Assembly: GCA_964499705.1 (NCBI GenBank)
Contig: CAZCME010000007.1
Location: forward strand, 1-64,000
Direction of reading: 5' to 3'
DNA length: 64,000 nt
From: an uncultured bacterium
GTDB taxonomy: Bacteria > UBA8481
Position numbers and translations under genes: made by a program. The notes under the pieces are model-generated. The model worked only from the letters and a program-made list of their open reading frames with translations, was not told the DNA's origin and did no database searches. Below are positions 1 to 9,373 of the stretch, in pieces; the stretch's first letter is position 1; each line of letters opens with the position of its first letter.

Positions 1-2067
1 GCGCCGTACGAAATCGTTGCTCCGCGGCCGGGGCAATCGGTCGAGGAGGCCGTGGCGGATCTAGCCGCGCGCGGCGACGTCGAATTCGCCCAGCCGAACT
101 ACATCTATCGCGGACTCGTGACGACGCCCAACGATACGTTCTACCCATCGCAGTACCACCTCCCGCTCATCAAGGCTCATCTCGCGTGGGATATCGGACG
201 GGGCGGCGCGACGGACACGCTGGCGATCCTGGACTCCGGAGCGGACACTTCTCACATCGACCTCGGGGCGCGCATCGTCTTCGCGCCCGGTATCGATACC
301 TTCGACGGCGACTCCATCCCGGCCGACACCGCCCCGGCTTCCGGACACGGGACCGCCACGGCCGGCATCGCGGCGGCCATCACCAACAATGCAAGCCAGG
401 TCGCGGGCGTCGACTGGCTCTCGAATCTGCTCCTCGTTCGCGTGCTGCAGGGCGCGGGCGCGACCGGTTCGAGCGTCAACATCGAACAGGGAATCCGAAA
501 GGCCATCGATCACAAGGCCAAGGTCATCAGCATGTCCCTGGGATTCGACGACGCGGCCATCGATCCGCTCATCGAGAACGCGCTCATCATCGCGGAGAAC
601 GCGGGCATCATCGTCGTGGCGGCCGCGGGTAACAGCGGCGGATCGCCCGTCATTTATCCCGCCAGTTCCACCCGGGCCATCGCGGTCGGGGCCTCGACGT
701 CCACGGACGAGCGGTCATCCTTTTCCACGTTCGGAGCCGCCAGCGGCATGACGGGAGTCGATGTCGTGGCTCCGGGATCGGGTATCACGACCCTGGCGTT
801 AAACAGCGGCACGACAACATTGTCCGGCACTTCGTTCTCCACGCCGATCGTCGCGGCGGCGGGAACGCTCGTCAGCTCGCTCCGTCCCGGCATCACGCCC
901 GCCCAGTTTCTCGGGTTTCTCAGATCGACCGCCAAGGATATCGGTGACCCGGGATGGGACGAGAAAACGGGCGCGGGCCGGATCGACCTTCAGCGACTAT
1001 TGGCGGTCGCGACGGCCAGGCTGGCCTACGGCGATTCGCTCCCCACGGCCGACACCAGGACCGCTCCGGTCATCGCCGCCGTGGGCCGGCAGAATCGGGC
1101 CGGAGTGCTTGTAACGGGAACGGATTCCTACATCGGATATTTCCAGCGCCACGACTCCCCCGCCGGCACGATCCAGTTCTACTTCCAGCCCGATTCGGTT
1201 CCGACCGGCGGCGATACGCGATTCATCCTGACGCAGAAAGGAAACAGGACTCCTTCCGCCGGCAACATCGATCTCATTCTCCGCACGGATGGAAAGATCG
1301 AATACCGCATGCAGGGACTGGGCAAGGTGATCTCGAAAACAGCGCTCGTCGCGGGCCAGTGGTATCACATCGCCTTGAACTACGGGATCGAAGGCATGGG
1401 ACTCTACATCAACGGCGACTCCGAGATCGGTAACGGCCTCGTCGGATTCCCGCCTTTCACGGACACGATCTTCCTCGGAGCGCCCTTCGTGTATGACTCC
1501 GCGCTCACCGCGACCGGCCGCTTCGAAGGGCTCGCGTTCGGCGATTCCCAGCTATTCCATTTTCCCGCGGCCCTCTTCGCCAGGATTGAAAGCCACATCG
1601 CGGAGAAGAACGAAGCCATCACGGCGCTCCTGGGGTGGAAGGCATATGAAACCGAAACGAACGCGGTCCTCCTGGATGTCTATGCCGACCAGGATTCTGT
1701 CGGTTTCGACGGCACGCTCCTGGCATCGGGCCTCGCCAACGATCAGAACGAGAGCGTTCCGTTGAGCGGGCTCACGATCGGGAACAGGTACTGGTTCTAC
1801 ATCGTGGCGACGGACCAGGCGTATCTCGAGAAGGCCTATGCTTATGCGCCCGCGGCGTTTCTCGTCCAAGCGCCCGCCGTTGTCTTTGCCGGCGGCAGTG
1901 CCGGATCTCCCGACAACAGCGCCTGCCTGCTCGGCCGCGTTCCACTCCTCTCATCGCCGATTCGACAGATGCGGGAACTCCTGCTCACCACGAATTTCGG
2001 ACGGATCCTGACATGGCTCTATTACGCCTTCGCCGGCGGGCAGCACGGCGCCATGCCGCCCGGATGA
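1..2067 (+). CDS. S8 (subtilisin-like) serine protease with LamG/concanavalin-A-like domain and CFI-box-CTERM-like tail; 5'-truncated by window edge
   Basis: Catalytic motifs LAILDSG, GHGTATAG, AAAGN, GTSFSTP. Propeptide end 'VEFAQPNY'. LamG-like 'GQWYHIAL...LYING'. The frame is open from base 1. Confidence 0.9.
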   Translation, partial: APYEIVAPRPGQSVEEAVADLAARGDVEFAQPNYIYRGLVTTPNDTFYPSQYHLPLIKAHLAWDIGRGGATDTLAILDSGADTSHIDLGARIVFAPGIDTFDGDSIPADTAPASGHGTATAGIAAAITNNASQVAGVDWLSNLLLVRVLQGAGATGSSVNIEQGIRKAIDHKAKVISMSLGFDDAAIDPLIENALIIAENAGIIVVAAAGNSGGSPVIYPASSTRAIAVGASTSTDERSSFSTFGAASGMTGVDVVAPGSGITTLALNSGTTTLSGTSFSTPIVAAAGTLVSSLRPGITPAQFLGFLRSTAKDIGDPGWDEKTGAGRIDLQRLLAVATARLAYGDSLPTADTRTAPVIAAVGRQNRAGVLVTGTDSYIGYFQRHDSPAGTIQFYFQPDSVPTGGDTRFILTQKGNRTPSAGNIDLILRTDGKIEYRMQGLGKVISKTALVAGQWYHIALNYGIEGMGLYINGDSEIGNGLVGFPPFTDTIFLGAPFVYDSALTATGRFEGLAFGDSQLFHFPAALFARIESHIAEKNEAITALLGWKAYETETNAVLLDVYADQDSVGFDGTLLASGLANDQNESVPLSGLTIGNRYWFYIVATDQAYLEKAYAYAPAAFLVQAPAVVFAGGSAGSPDNSACLLGRVPLLSSPIRQMRELLLTTNFGRILTWLYYAFAGGQHGAMPPG

Positions 2068-2690
2068 ATTTCCTCTCGTTCCTTGCCGTAGCCGACGGCC
2101 TCCCGCTCCATATCGGAGCGGGCCAACCGATCATGGTCTCTCCGATCATGACGGGAGTACTGACATCCGCGTTCTGGACTTCCCTGGCGGTCTGGATCAG
2201 AAACACCCTGCCTCCCGAACGCCCGTACAGCATCCTCACCATCTACGCCGTCATGGCGACGCTTCTTAACATGTATCTCATCCGCAACCACGACGTGCGG
2301 CTGTCCGTGCCGGTGCTGTACGCGACCGGCCTCTTCGCCGGCAATGCCCTCGCGCTCCACATCGCCTCGCCGGTCCTGCGAGCGCTCGATCGACCGCATG
2401 CCGTGCTGCAACCGGCGGGCGGCACCATCGCCGTCGGCATCCCGTTACTCCTCCTGCCGTTTCCCTGGTTCTCATCCTGGCCTCCCTGCGCTCTATTCCT
2501 GCTGGTGAGTTCCGCCCTGGGACTCTGGACATTCCTCTTTCTCATCAACGTCGGTTTCTCCGCGATCATGACCACGCGGCGCGAACCGATGCTCCTGTTC
2601 GGAATCACCTTCGTCGTGCCGGAATACCTGGGCCTGGCCTTCCTTCCCACCCTGTTGCGTCAGATCGCCGTCATGAGCCCGACTCCGTGA
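2064..2690 (+). CDS. hypothetical integral membrane protein
   Basis: Several hydrophobic helices. ATGA overlap with the upstream stop and GTGA overlap with the downstream gene. Confidence 0.6.
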   Translation: MNFLSFLAVADGLPLHIGAGQPIMVSPIMTGVLTSAFWTSLAVWIRNTLPPERPYSILTIYAVMATLLNMYLIRNHDVRLSVPVLYATGLFAGNALALHIASPVLRALDRPHAVLQPAGGTIAVGIPLLLLPFPWFSSWPPCALFLLVSSALGLWTFLFLINVGFSAIMTTRREPMLLFGITFVVPEYLGLAFLPTLLRQIAVMSPTP

Positions 2691-3340
2691 TACGCGCCAT
2701 CGCCTTCGACTTCAACGGCGTGATCGTGGACGACGAGCCGATCCACTACGAAGCCTTCCGGATCGTCCTGGAGAAGCACGGTGTGACGCTTTCACGCGAA
2801 GCATACTGGCAAAAATACCTGGCCTTCGATGACCGTGGCGCACTGGAGGAATTGCTGCTGGATTTCCCCGCCGCATTATCGGGATGCGACCGAACGAAAT
2901 TCCTGGCCGACAAAGTGGCCGCCTACATGCGGCTCGTGGGCGTTGCTCCGCCCTTCTTCCCCGGCGCCGTCGAGACAGTGCGGGCCCTGGCTCAGGAATT
3001 CCCGATGGCGATCGTTTCCGGCGCGCGCCGGGAGGAGATCGAGGTCACGCTCCAGGCAGGCGGCATCGCCGACTGCTTCCGCGGCATCATCGCCTCGGAG
3101 GATGTGACCAGATCCAAGCCCGATCCCGAGCCCTATCTGCGAGGCGCGACGCTGCTCGGGTTGCAACCGGCCGAGATCGTCGCGATCGAAGATTCCGTCG
3201 GAGGAATTCTATCCGCGAAGCGTGCGGGATTGCGCGTGATCGCGGTGGAGCATACGTATGAGAAGGGCGAGTTGAGCGTAGCGGATCTTGTTGTATCAGC
3301 CATTAAAGTAATTACAAACGTTCGCGTCAGCGAGCTTTAA
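2687..3340 (+). CDS. HAD-family hydrolase (beta-phosphoglucomutase/CbbY-like)
   Basis: Motif I FDFNGV, motif II VSG, KPDPEPY, IEDSVGG. Confidence 0.9.
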   Translation: MIRAIAFDFNGVIVDDEPIHYEAFRIVLEKHGVTLSREAYWQKYLAFDDRGALEELLLDFPAALSGCDRTKFLADKVAAYMRLVGVAPPFFPGAVETVRALAQEFPMAIVSGARREEIEVTLQAGGIADCFRGIIASEDVTRSKPDPEPYLRGATLLGLQPAEIVAIEDSVGGILSAKRAGLRVIAVEHTYEKGELSVADLVVSAIKVITNVRVSEL

Positions 3341-3354
3341 TGAGGCATGGATGA

Positions 3355-4473
3355 TCAACGGACGAGAGTGAATTTCCCCCGGCCAAATCGGCCGTTCTGA
3401 AAATCAACGACATAATAATATACTCCCGATGCTAAAGGCTCTCCTCTTGAATTTCTCGTATTCCAAGGGACGGATGTCAGCGAGGCTCCTGGATTCTGGA
3501 TCTTCACAACCTGTCGGCCCGTCATATCAAGAACGGTTACGCTGATGATAGGGCTGGGAGGGACCGTGTCAGCCGTGTCCGGCTTTGTAGAGGCAATTAC
3601 GGCGGAAAATGTCATGGTGGTTCCTATTCCGATAATGGGGTTTGGATACGAGAGAACAGGTTCATAATAATTAATCTCCTTCGAGGGCGGCGCCACGCCG
3701 GAACTCGAAGAACCCCCTACACCGGAAACGGCGCTGTCCGCATCGGCGGCCGAACCAATGGTGATAGTGTCGATGGTGGCGCCGGGAGGAGCGCCCATGT
3801 CTCGCATGCCGACACCGACATTGGTGCCGGATGCCTGGGCGGTTCTCGCCGGGAAAGTGAAGCTAAATGTATTGTTGGTCTCAACCTCGAAAATGCTTCC
3901 CGTTATGGCTCCGTCCGACGCGAAACTGGCGCTCACTTTCAACGTGCCGGTAAACTGAAATGACGAATTCACATTATCGATCCGGATTCCATTATCGAAC
4001 CTGATTACTTGCGAATTATTCGTTCCGGCTCCCGATCTGACAATTTCGAATCCATAGGCGCTCGGTAATGGGATCGTAGGATCGTTGGTCGAATTAATGG
4101 AGCCGTTCCCCTTGATGAAGAGAAAGTGATTGAATTTATTGGAAGTCGCGCCCTCCTTTATGACAAGAGAAAATCCGACGGGCGGAGTTTGATCGAGCGG
4201 ACGGGTGATCATGCCGATCCTTGCCGCTGAGCTGGATGTCGGCGAGTCGGCTAATTCTCCGTTCAGAATGACGAGATTCGTACCTGTTTCAACTTCCGAC
4301 CAGCCGTTACCGATCACCTCGTTGTTCGTGCGATTGAAATCGTCCGCAAAAGATACCGCGCTCGCCGGCATGGCACCGACCAGCAGCGCGCATATCACCG
4401 CTCCAACGGTCGCGATCCCGCAAGAGAACGAACGGGATGGCATACTTGATGGAATCGATTTCGTCTTCTGCAT
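3355..4473 (-). CDS. secreted protein with C-terminal T9SS-CTD/FlgD-Ig-like domain
   Basis: Signal peptide (ALLVGAMPASA), beta-rich body 'FADDFNR', C-terminal YPNP...LDMTGRQV...WNTRNSRGEPLASGVYYY. Start codon uncertain. Confidence 0.75.
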   Translation of the reverse strand: MQKTKSIPSSMPSRSFSCGIATVGAVICALLVGAMPASAVSFADDFNRTNNEVIGNGWSEVETGTNLVILNGELADSPTSSSAARIGMITRPLDQTPPVGFSLVIKEGATSNKFNHFLFIKGNGSINSTNDPTIPLPSAYGFEIVRSGAGTNNSQVIRFDNGIRIDNVNSSFQFTGTLKVSASFASDGAITGSIFEVETNNTFSFTFPARTAQASGTNVGVGMRDMGAPPGATIDTITIGSAADADSAVSGVGGSSSSGVAPPSKEINYYEPVLSYPNPIIGIGTTMTFSAVIASTKPDTADTVPPSPIISVTVLDMTGRQVVKIQNPGASLTSVPWNTRNSRGEPLASGVYYYVVDFQNGRFGRGKFTLVR

Positions 4474-4653
4474 GGTTCGCGAAATCATAGCGTTTTCCAA
4501 TCGCCCAGCCAGCACAATCCCACCTCAATCACGCCAAGGACAATACCGTTCCAAAATCATCCGCTATCACACATCCTCGTGTCTCGTTCGAGATCGATCG
4601 GTCCCATCGCATTATTGATATTCCAATTTCCACCTTGACTGTGGTATTCATCC

Positions 4654-5796
4654 ATGCCTGAATCTCACATGCGCTTTCGAAGCCTATTCCTCATTGTGTT
4701 ACTGGCCGGACCGACACATGCCCAATTCGACACTTCGGCGACAGCGACCGCGCTTGCCCAGGCGATGGGTATTCCAGCCGCATATATCGTCTCCGCTTCA
4801 CTATTCTCCGTCGGAACGAGCGCCGTGGATGCCCGAGGCGCCGCGGTTCACACCGGAACTCTGGGGAATTTTTCTCCCCGCGAGGGAACCACATTCGCCG
4901 TCATCACGAGCGGTGATGTGGCGCTTATTCCTGGCTCCAATGATGTGGCCGGAGCGGACATCGATCAGGGAACCGAATCTGGTTCTGGAGTCGAAAGCGG
5001 AGGAGATGACCTTGTCAAGCTCGTGCTCGTCCTGAATCCGCCTGACAATGCCAAGGCATTTTCATTCGATTTCGCATTTCTTTCGGAAGAATACCCTGAA
5101 TTCGTGGGGACCGCATATAACGACTTCTTCGTGGTCGAAAAAGATGGAACCCAGATCACCTTCGACACTTCGAGCGGAAACACGAAAATTAATTCGCCTT
5201 ACAATATTTGTTACGATCAACAAGGACAGCCGATCTCCATCAATGCGAATTTTTTCAAGGAAAACACCAATCAGAATACGGGCACGGAGATGGACGGCTG
5301 GACACCAGTATTGACCACATGCGCCCCGCTCATCAGCACGGATTCGCTTGTGCTCACATTCTTCATCGGAGATATCGGGGACGCGGCTTATCAATCCGTG
5401 ACTTATCTTGACAATTTTCTCTTTCTGGAAGAAAACAGCTTCACCGTCACCTACAATCCGGCCACAAATATCATACTTGGCCAGACGACAACGGAAAAAC
5501 CTAAGGTAAAGTCCTATCCCAATCCCTTCATTCCCACGTCGGGCGGATCCGTCACATTCGCTCTCGAAGGCCAGGTCGAATGCTGCATTCCGGGCAGCCA
5601 GAACGGTATCACCGAAGTTCAGGTCCTTGATATTTCCGGACGCCGCATCATCAATCTGTTCGGCATCAGCGATGCGACGATCCGGTGGAACGGCAGAAAT
5701 TCGAGTGGGGATATCATCGGCAGCGGCATCTATTATTATGTCGTTAAAACCGCGGACGGCAGGGTTGGCACCGGCCGTTTCACCGTCGTAAAGTAA
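4654..5796 (+). CDS. choice-of-anchor L-like secreted protein with C-terminal T9SS-CTD/FlgD-Ig-like domain
   Basis: Signal peptide; FDFAFLSEEYPEFVGTAYNDFF and IGDIGD..Y.S..YLD motifs; C-terminal YPNPF...LDISGRRI...WNGRNSSG..IGSGIYYY. Confidence 0.75.
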   Translation: MPESHMRFRSLFLIVLLAGPTHAQFDTSATATALAQAMGIPAAYIVSASLFSVGTSAVDARGAAVHTGTLGNFSPREGTTFAVITSGDVALIPGSNDVAGADIDQGTESGSGVESGGDDLVKLVLVLNPPDNAKAFSFDFAFLSEEYPEFVGTAYNDFFVVEKDGTQITFDTSSGNTKINSPYNICYDQQGQPISINANFFKENTNQNTGTEMDGWTPVLTTCAPLISTDSLVLTFFIGDIGDAAYQSVTYLDNFLFLEENSFTVTYNPATNIILGQTTTEKPKVKSYPNPFIPTSGGSVTFALEGQVECCIPGSQNGITEVQVLDISGRRIINLFGISDATIRWNGRNSSGDIIGSGIYYYVVKTADGRVGTGRFTVVK

Positions 5797-5797
5797 C

Positions 5798-6886
5798 CTA
5801 CTCCTTCGCCCCCACGTTCCGCAGCACTTCAGCGATCAACGTCCTGCCGTTGGCTTTCGCGAATTTCAGGGCGGTCCATCCTCCCTTGTTCTTCAGCCGG
5901 AAATCCGCGCCGCCGTCGAGGAGCTCGATGACGGTCTTCGCGTGGCCCCAGGCCGTGGCAGCCATCAGGGGCGTCCAGCCCGGATAGGTCTTGTCGTCCG
6001 TGACCGCGTTCGGATCGGCACCCGCCTTCAACAAGGCTCGAACGATCGAGGTGTGGCCCTTGAGAGACGCCAGGAAGACCGCGGTCGATCCCGCGAGATT
6101 TCGAAGGTCGACGGCCGCGCCGAGCGAGACGAGGCGCGCCGTCATGGAATCCCGGCCAGCGGCGGCACAATGCATCATCGCCGTGAATCCCGCGTTGTCG
6201 ACGGCGTCCAGCATCGCTCCCTGCTGAAGCAGTTCCTCGACCATCGTCGAGTCATCATCGATGGCGGCCACCATCAGGGCCGTCAGGCCGCCCTGCACGC
6301 TCTTCCAGTCGGGATTCGCGCCCGCCGCGATACGCCGGCGCACATCCTCGATATCGCCTCCCCTGACCGCGTAAATCAGTTCCATGTTCTTCGCGACTTC
6401 TTCCGCGGAGAGCTGCGTCGATTGTTCCTTCTGCATCGTCGCGGCTTGCGGCGCATCGCCGGCCGACCGCGCCAGGCCCAGGGCGCTGTTCCCGAACGCG
6501 TCGAGCGCGCCGGGATCGGCGCCGGCGGAGATCAACTCGTTGACGATCTCGATCCTCCCGGCGCGCGCGGCCAGGTGCAAAGGCGTCGAACCGGCCAGGC
6601 CGTCTTGAAGCGCCGGATCGGCGCCGGCCTTCAGAAGCATCCGGAGAATCTCGACTCGTCCTTCCTGCGCGGCGATATGAAGAGCGGTTCGGCGGGCATA
6701 GCGATCGGTGGCTTCCAGGTCGGCTCCGGCTTGTATCAACCGTTCGACGGAATCCGTATCGTTCCTGGCCGTGGCGATCATGAGCTCGGACCAGCCGAGC
6801 CCTCTCTCTATCGACCGCTCATCGGCGGCGCCCGCGGAGGGTACGGCCAGAGCCAGGAAAAGCCCGATGGAAAGCGCCGCCCGCAT
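5798..6886 (-). CDS. exported ankyrin-repeat protein
   Basis: Signal peptide followed by repeated TALH/TPLH/TALM..A...G....V..LL..GAD units. Confidence 0.9.
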   Translation of the reverse strand: MRAALSIGLFLALAVPSAGAADERSIERGLGWSELMIATARNDTDSVERLIQAGADLEATDRYARRTALHIAAQEGRVEILRMLLKAGADPALQDGLAGSTPLHLAARAGRIEIVNELISAGADPGALDAFGNSALGLARSAGDAPQAATMQKEQSTQLSAEEVAKNMELIYAVRGGDIEDVRRRIAAGANPDWKSVQGGLTALMVAAIDDDSTMVEELLQQGAMLDAVDNAGFTAMMHCAAAGRDSMTARLVSLGAAVDLRNLAGSTAVFLASLKGHTSIVRALLKAGADPNAVTDDKTYPGWTPLMAATAWGHAKTVIELLDGGADFRLKNKGGWTALKFAKANGRTLIAEVLRNVGAKE

Positions 6887-6888
6887 GC

Positions 6889-7389
6889 TTACTTGGGAGC
6901 GTAATAGATGGATATGACTGTTTTCTTGGAGAGCGACGTGCCCGATTTGATCATGACTTCGCAGTTCTTGCCGGCTTTCTCGAACATGATGCGAATATCC
7001 TCGCGCTCGATCATCGACATCATGTTCCAGTCGAATTTCGGCATCTCGCGGCGGTAGAAGGCGACGAGATCTCCGGCGGTCGCTGATCCTTCGTAAAGAA
7101 GAATGCCGGCCTGGACCTGGCCGTATTCCAGGATCATCGATTTGTCCGTACGGTAGAGATATCCGGCGGGGATCGGGAGATCCTTGATACGGAGCTCCGG
7201 AGAAATCTGGAGCGTCGGCAGGAAAGACACCTCCGCGGAGGGCGAGACCTGCGCGGGCGGCGTGGAGCCGGAATCCATCGTCGCAATATCATCATCCTCG
7301 CGCTGACCCGGCATCGCGCAGGCGGCCAGCGATGCCGTTACGGCCAGGATCAGCATGGCCCGCCCCATTGTTCCGTTCGTCTTCCTCAT
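6889..7389 (-). CDS. hypothetical lipoprotein
   Basis: Lipobox LAAC after a basic then hydrophobic N-terminus; GAGGAG RBS; ATGA overlap with upstream gene. Confidence 0.75.
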   Translation of the reverse strand: MRKTNGTMGRAMLILAVTASLAACAMPGQREDDDIATMDSGSTPPAQVSPSAEVSFLPTLQISPELRIKDLPIPAGYLYRTDKSMILEYGQVQAGILLYEGSATAGDLVAFYRREMPKFDWNMMSMIEREDIRIMFEKAGKNCEVMIKSGTSLSKKTVISIYYAPK

Positions 7390-9284
7390 CGCGGCTCCTC
7401 CTTGGGTCCCCACCAGGACCGAAGTATTCTGATTCTCTCATCGTTAAAACCAGGCACGGACTTGAGGTCTTCTTCCGTCGAAAGCGGACCGACATTTTCG
7501 CGATACCAGAGAATCGCGCGCGCGCGCGTCGGGCCGATCTCCGGAATCGCGGCAAGTTCCTCCGGCGGCGCCGTGTTGAGCATCTGCATGAAGGAACCGG
7601 CCGGCACGACACGCGGGGAAACAGGAGCTGGCTCAGGAACGGCCGTCACCGGTGCGACAGGCGTGGGAGGAACAGGAACGGGAGGAACATCGGGCGGAGG
7701 CGGCACGTTCTCCACGGTTATTCCCGCTCCCTGCAGAAGCACGATCCGAAGTGCCGCCAGTTCCTTCTCATACTCTCCGATCCGGCGCATCGCCTCCTCG
7801 AACCGCGGATCGGGCCGTGTCTCGGCCGGCGCGGATATCCGCGCGGATGCCAGGGCGATCGCGGCGTCGCGTTCCGAGCGGAGCGACTTCAGGGCGGCGG
7901 CGCTCTCTTCCAGGGCGCGTATCGATTCCGCCATCTCGACCCGGTTCGCGCTCAGCTCGCTGATCGCGGAATCCCGTTCCATGCGGGCGTGATCCACCGA
8001 AGCCGCCAGCGCGTCGCGCTCCTGCCGCGTCACCCGCAATTCCTCGGCGCCCCGCTCCGTTTCGTTTTTCCAGGTTTCGATCGTCCGTGCCAGCGCTCCC
8101 GCCTCGGCACGATCCTTTTCCAGGACGCGCCGCAGGGCCGAAAGTTCCGAATCCAGCGTAGTTGCCCGCATCGCCTCCGCGCGCAGCGATTCGTCCAGAA
8201 CCCTGGCGCGATTATCCAGAGCCGCGCCCCGGTCGCGAAGCCGGTCGATCTCCCCTCGAAGCTGAGCCATTTCTCCCGCGGCCGAAGTCGTGGACTCCTG
8301 CAGCAATTGCTCCCGGATGCGCAGCACGGCCGCCTCGTCCGCGATCTTCTCGCGCTCGCTCTTCATCGCGTCCTCGATCACCCGGGCTCGCGACTGCAGC
8401 GCCGTCACCTTATCCTGCAGCTTCGCGTTTTCCATGCGCAGGCCGTCCGCTTCGGCGCGGGCCCCCGCCAGGACCGCGGGATCGCCCGCGTTCATCGCGG
8501 CCGATTCCGCGAGCAGCTTGTCGCGCGCCTCCATCTGAACTGACAGGGACATCATCCGATCCTTCCCGGTCTCCAGCTCTTCTTCCAGCGAGGCGATCCG
8601 CCGCTCTTGAACCGCGGCCGTTTCGCTCCACGCTCTGTCCCGGGCGGACGACGCGGTCAGGTCCGCCGATTCGAGAGAAGCCTCCAGCATGCTGGCGCGC
8701 GACTGGTAGGATTCCATCCGCTCCTGAAGCTCCGCTTTTTCCGCCCGCGCCTGCGAGAGCATCGCGGAGAGACGCGCGATCGAATCCGACCATGACTCCT
8801 GCATCCCGTCGTAACGGTCGAGCGCTTCCCGCGCTTCGGCCAGCCACTTCGTCGCGCGATCCAGTTCCAGCTCCAGGAGAGCGACACGGTCCGCGAGTTG
8901 CCCGGCTCGACGCTCCGCGGAGTCCGCTTCCATCGCCTTTTCCTCGACCTGGGCCAGGAGCGTGCGTTCCTGTCGCAGAGCCTGCTGCGCCTGCGCGCGG
9001 ATCTGTTCCGCGCCCGATGCATTCGATTTCTGAAGGCCCGTTCTCAGGCTCTCCAGCTCGGAATCTTTCTGAATGAGCTTGATCTGCATCTCCGCGACAC
9101 TTCGCGTCGCCTGGGCCTCCGCCAGGGCGACGGCGGCCATCGCGCGCTCCACGATGCGCCTGACGTCCTCCTCGGATGTCGCGGAAGTTCCCGCCTGCTG
9201 CGTCCGCGCGGCTGTGCAGACCAGGAGGAGAAGAAGCGCGCACCGGGAGAGGCGAAACCGAAAGACGGCACCAGGAATGTTCAT
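7386..9284 (-). CDS. exported long coiled-coil protein with C-terminal ComEA-like helix-hairpin-helix domain
   Basis: N-terminal hydrophobic signal, long A/E/R/L-rich heptad region, Pro-rich linker, LNTAPPEELAAIPEIGPTRARAILWYRENVGP...DLKSVPG. Confidence 0.8.
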   Translation of the reverse strand: MNIPGAVFRFRLSRCALLLLLVCTAARTQQAGTSATSEEDVRRIVERAMAAVALAEAQATRSVAEMQIKLIQKDSELESLRTGLQKSNASGAEQIRAQAQQALRQERTLLAQVEEKAMEADSAERRAGQLADRVALLELELDRATKWLAEAREALDRYDGMQESWSDSIARLSAMLSQARAEKAELQERMESYQSRASMLEASLESADLTASSARDRAWSETAAVQERRIASLEEELETGKDRMMSLSVQMEARDKLLAESAAMNAGDPAVLAGARAEADGLRMENAKLQDKVTALQSRARVIEDAMKSEREKIADEAAVLRIREQLLQESTTSAAGEMAQLRGEIDRLRDRGAALDNRARVLDESLRAEAMRATTLDSELSALRRVLEKDRAEAGALARTIETWKNETERGAEELRVTRQERDALAASVDHARMERDSAISELSANRVEMAESIRALEESAAALKSLRSERDAAIALASARISAPAETRPDPRFEEAMRRIGEYEKELAALRIVLLQGAGITVENVPPPPDVPPVPVPPTPVAPVTAVPEPAPVSPRVVPAGSFMQMLNTAPPEELAAIPEIGPTRARAILWYRENVGPLSTEEDLKSVPGFNDERIRILRSWWGPKEEPR

Positions 9285-9311
9285 AGGAGCTCATGATAAT
9301 CCAAAATCGGG

Positions 9312-9340
9312 AATGTGAAATGTGAAATGTGAAATGTGAA
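9312..9340. repeat. heptamer tandem repeat (AATGTGA)x4
   Basis: Four perfect copies in the intergenic gap, preceded by degenerate AATCCAA and AATCGGG. Confidence 0.9.
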
Positions 9341-9373
9341 GCGGAGAGGCCGCCGCGCGGTGCCCGGAGCCGC

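Noticed and set aside
2687-2725. HAD motif I reads DFNG rather than DxD
   Set aside because: This is a variant seen in other HAD subfamily members and is not unusual enough on its own.
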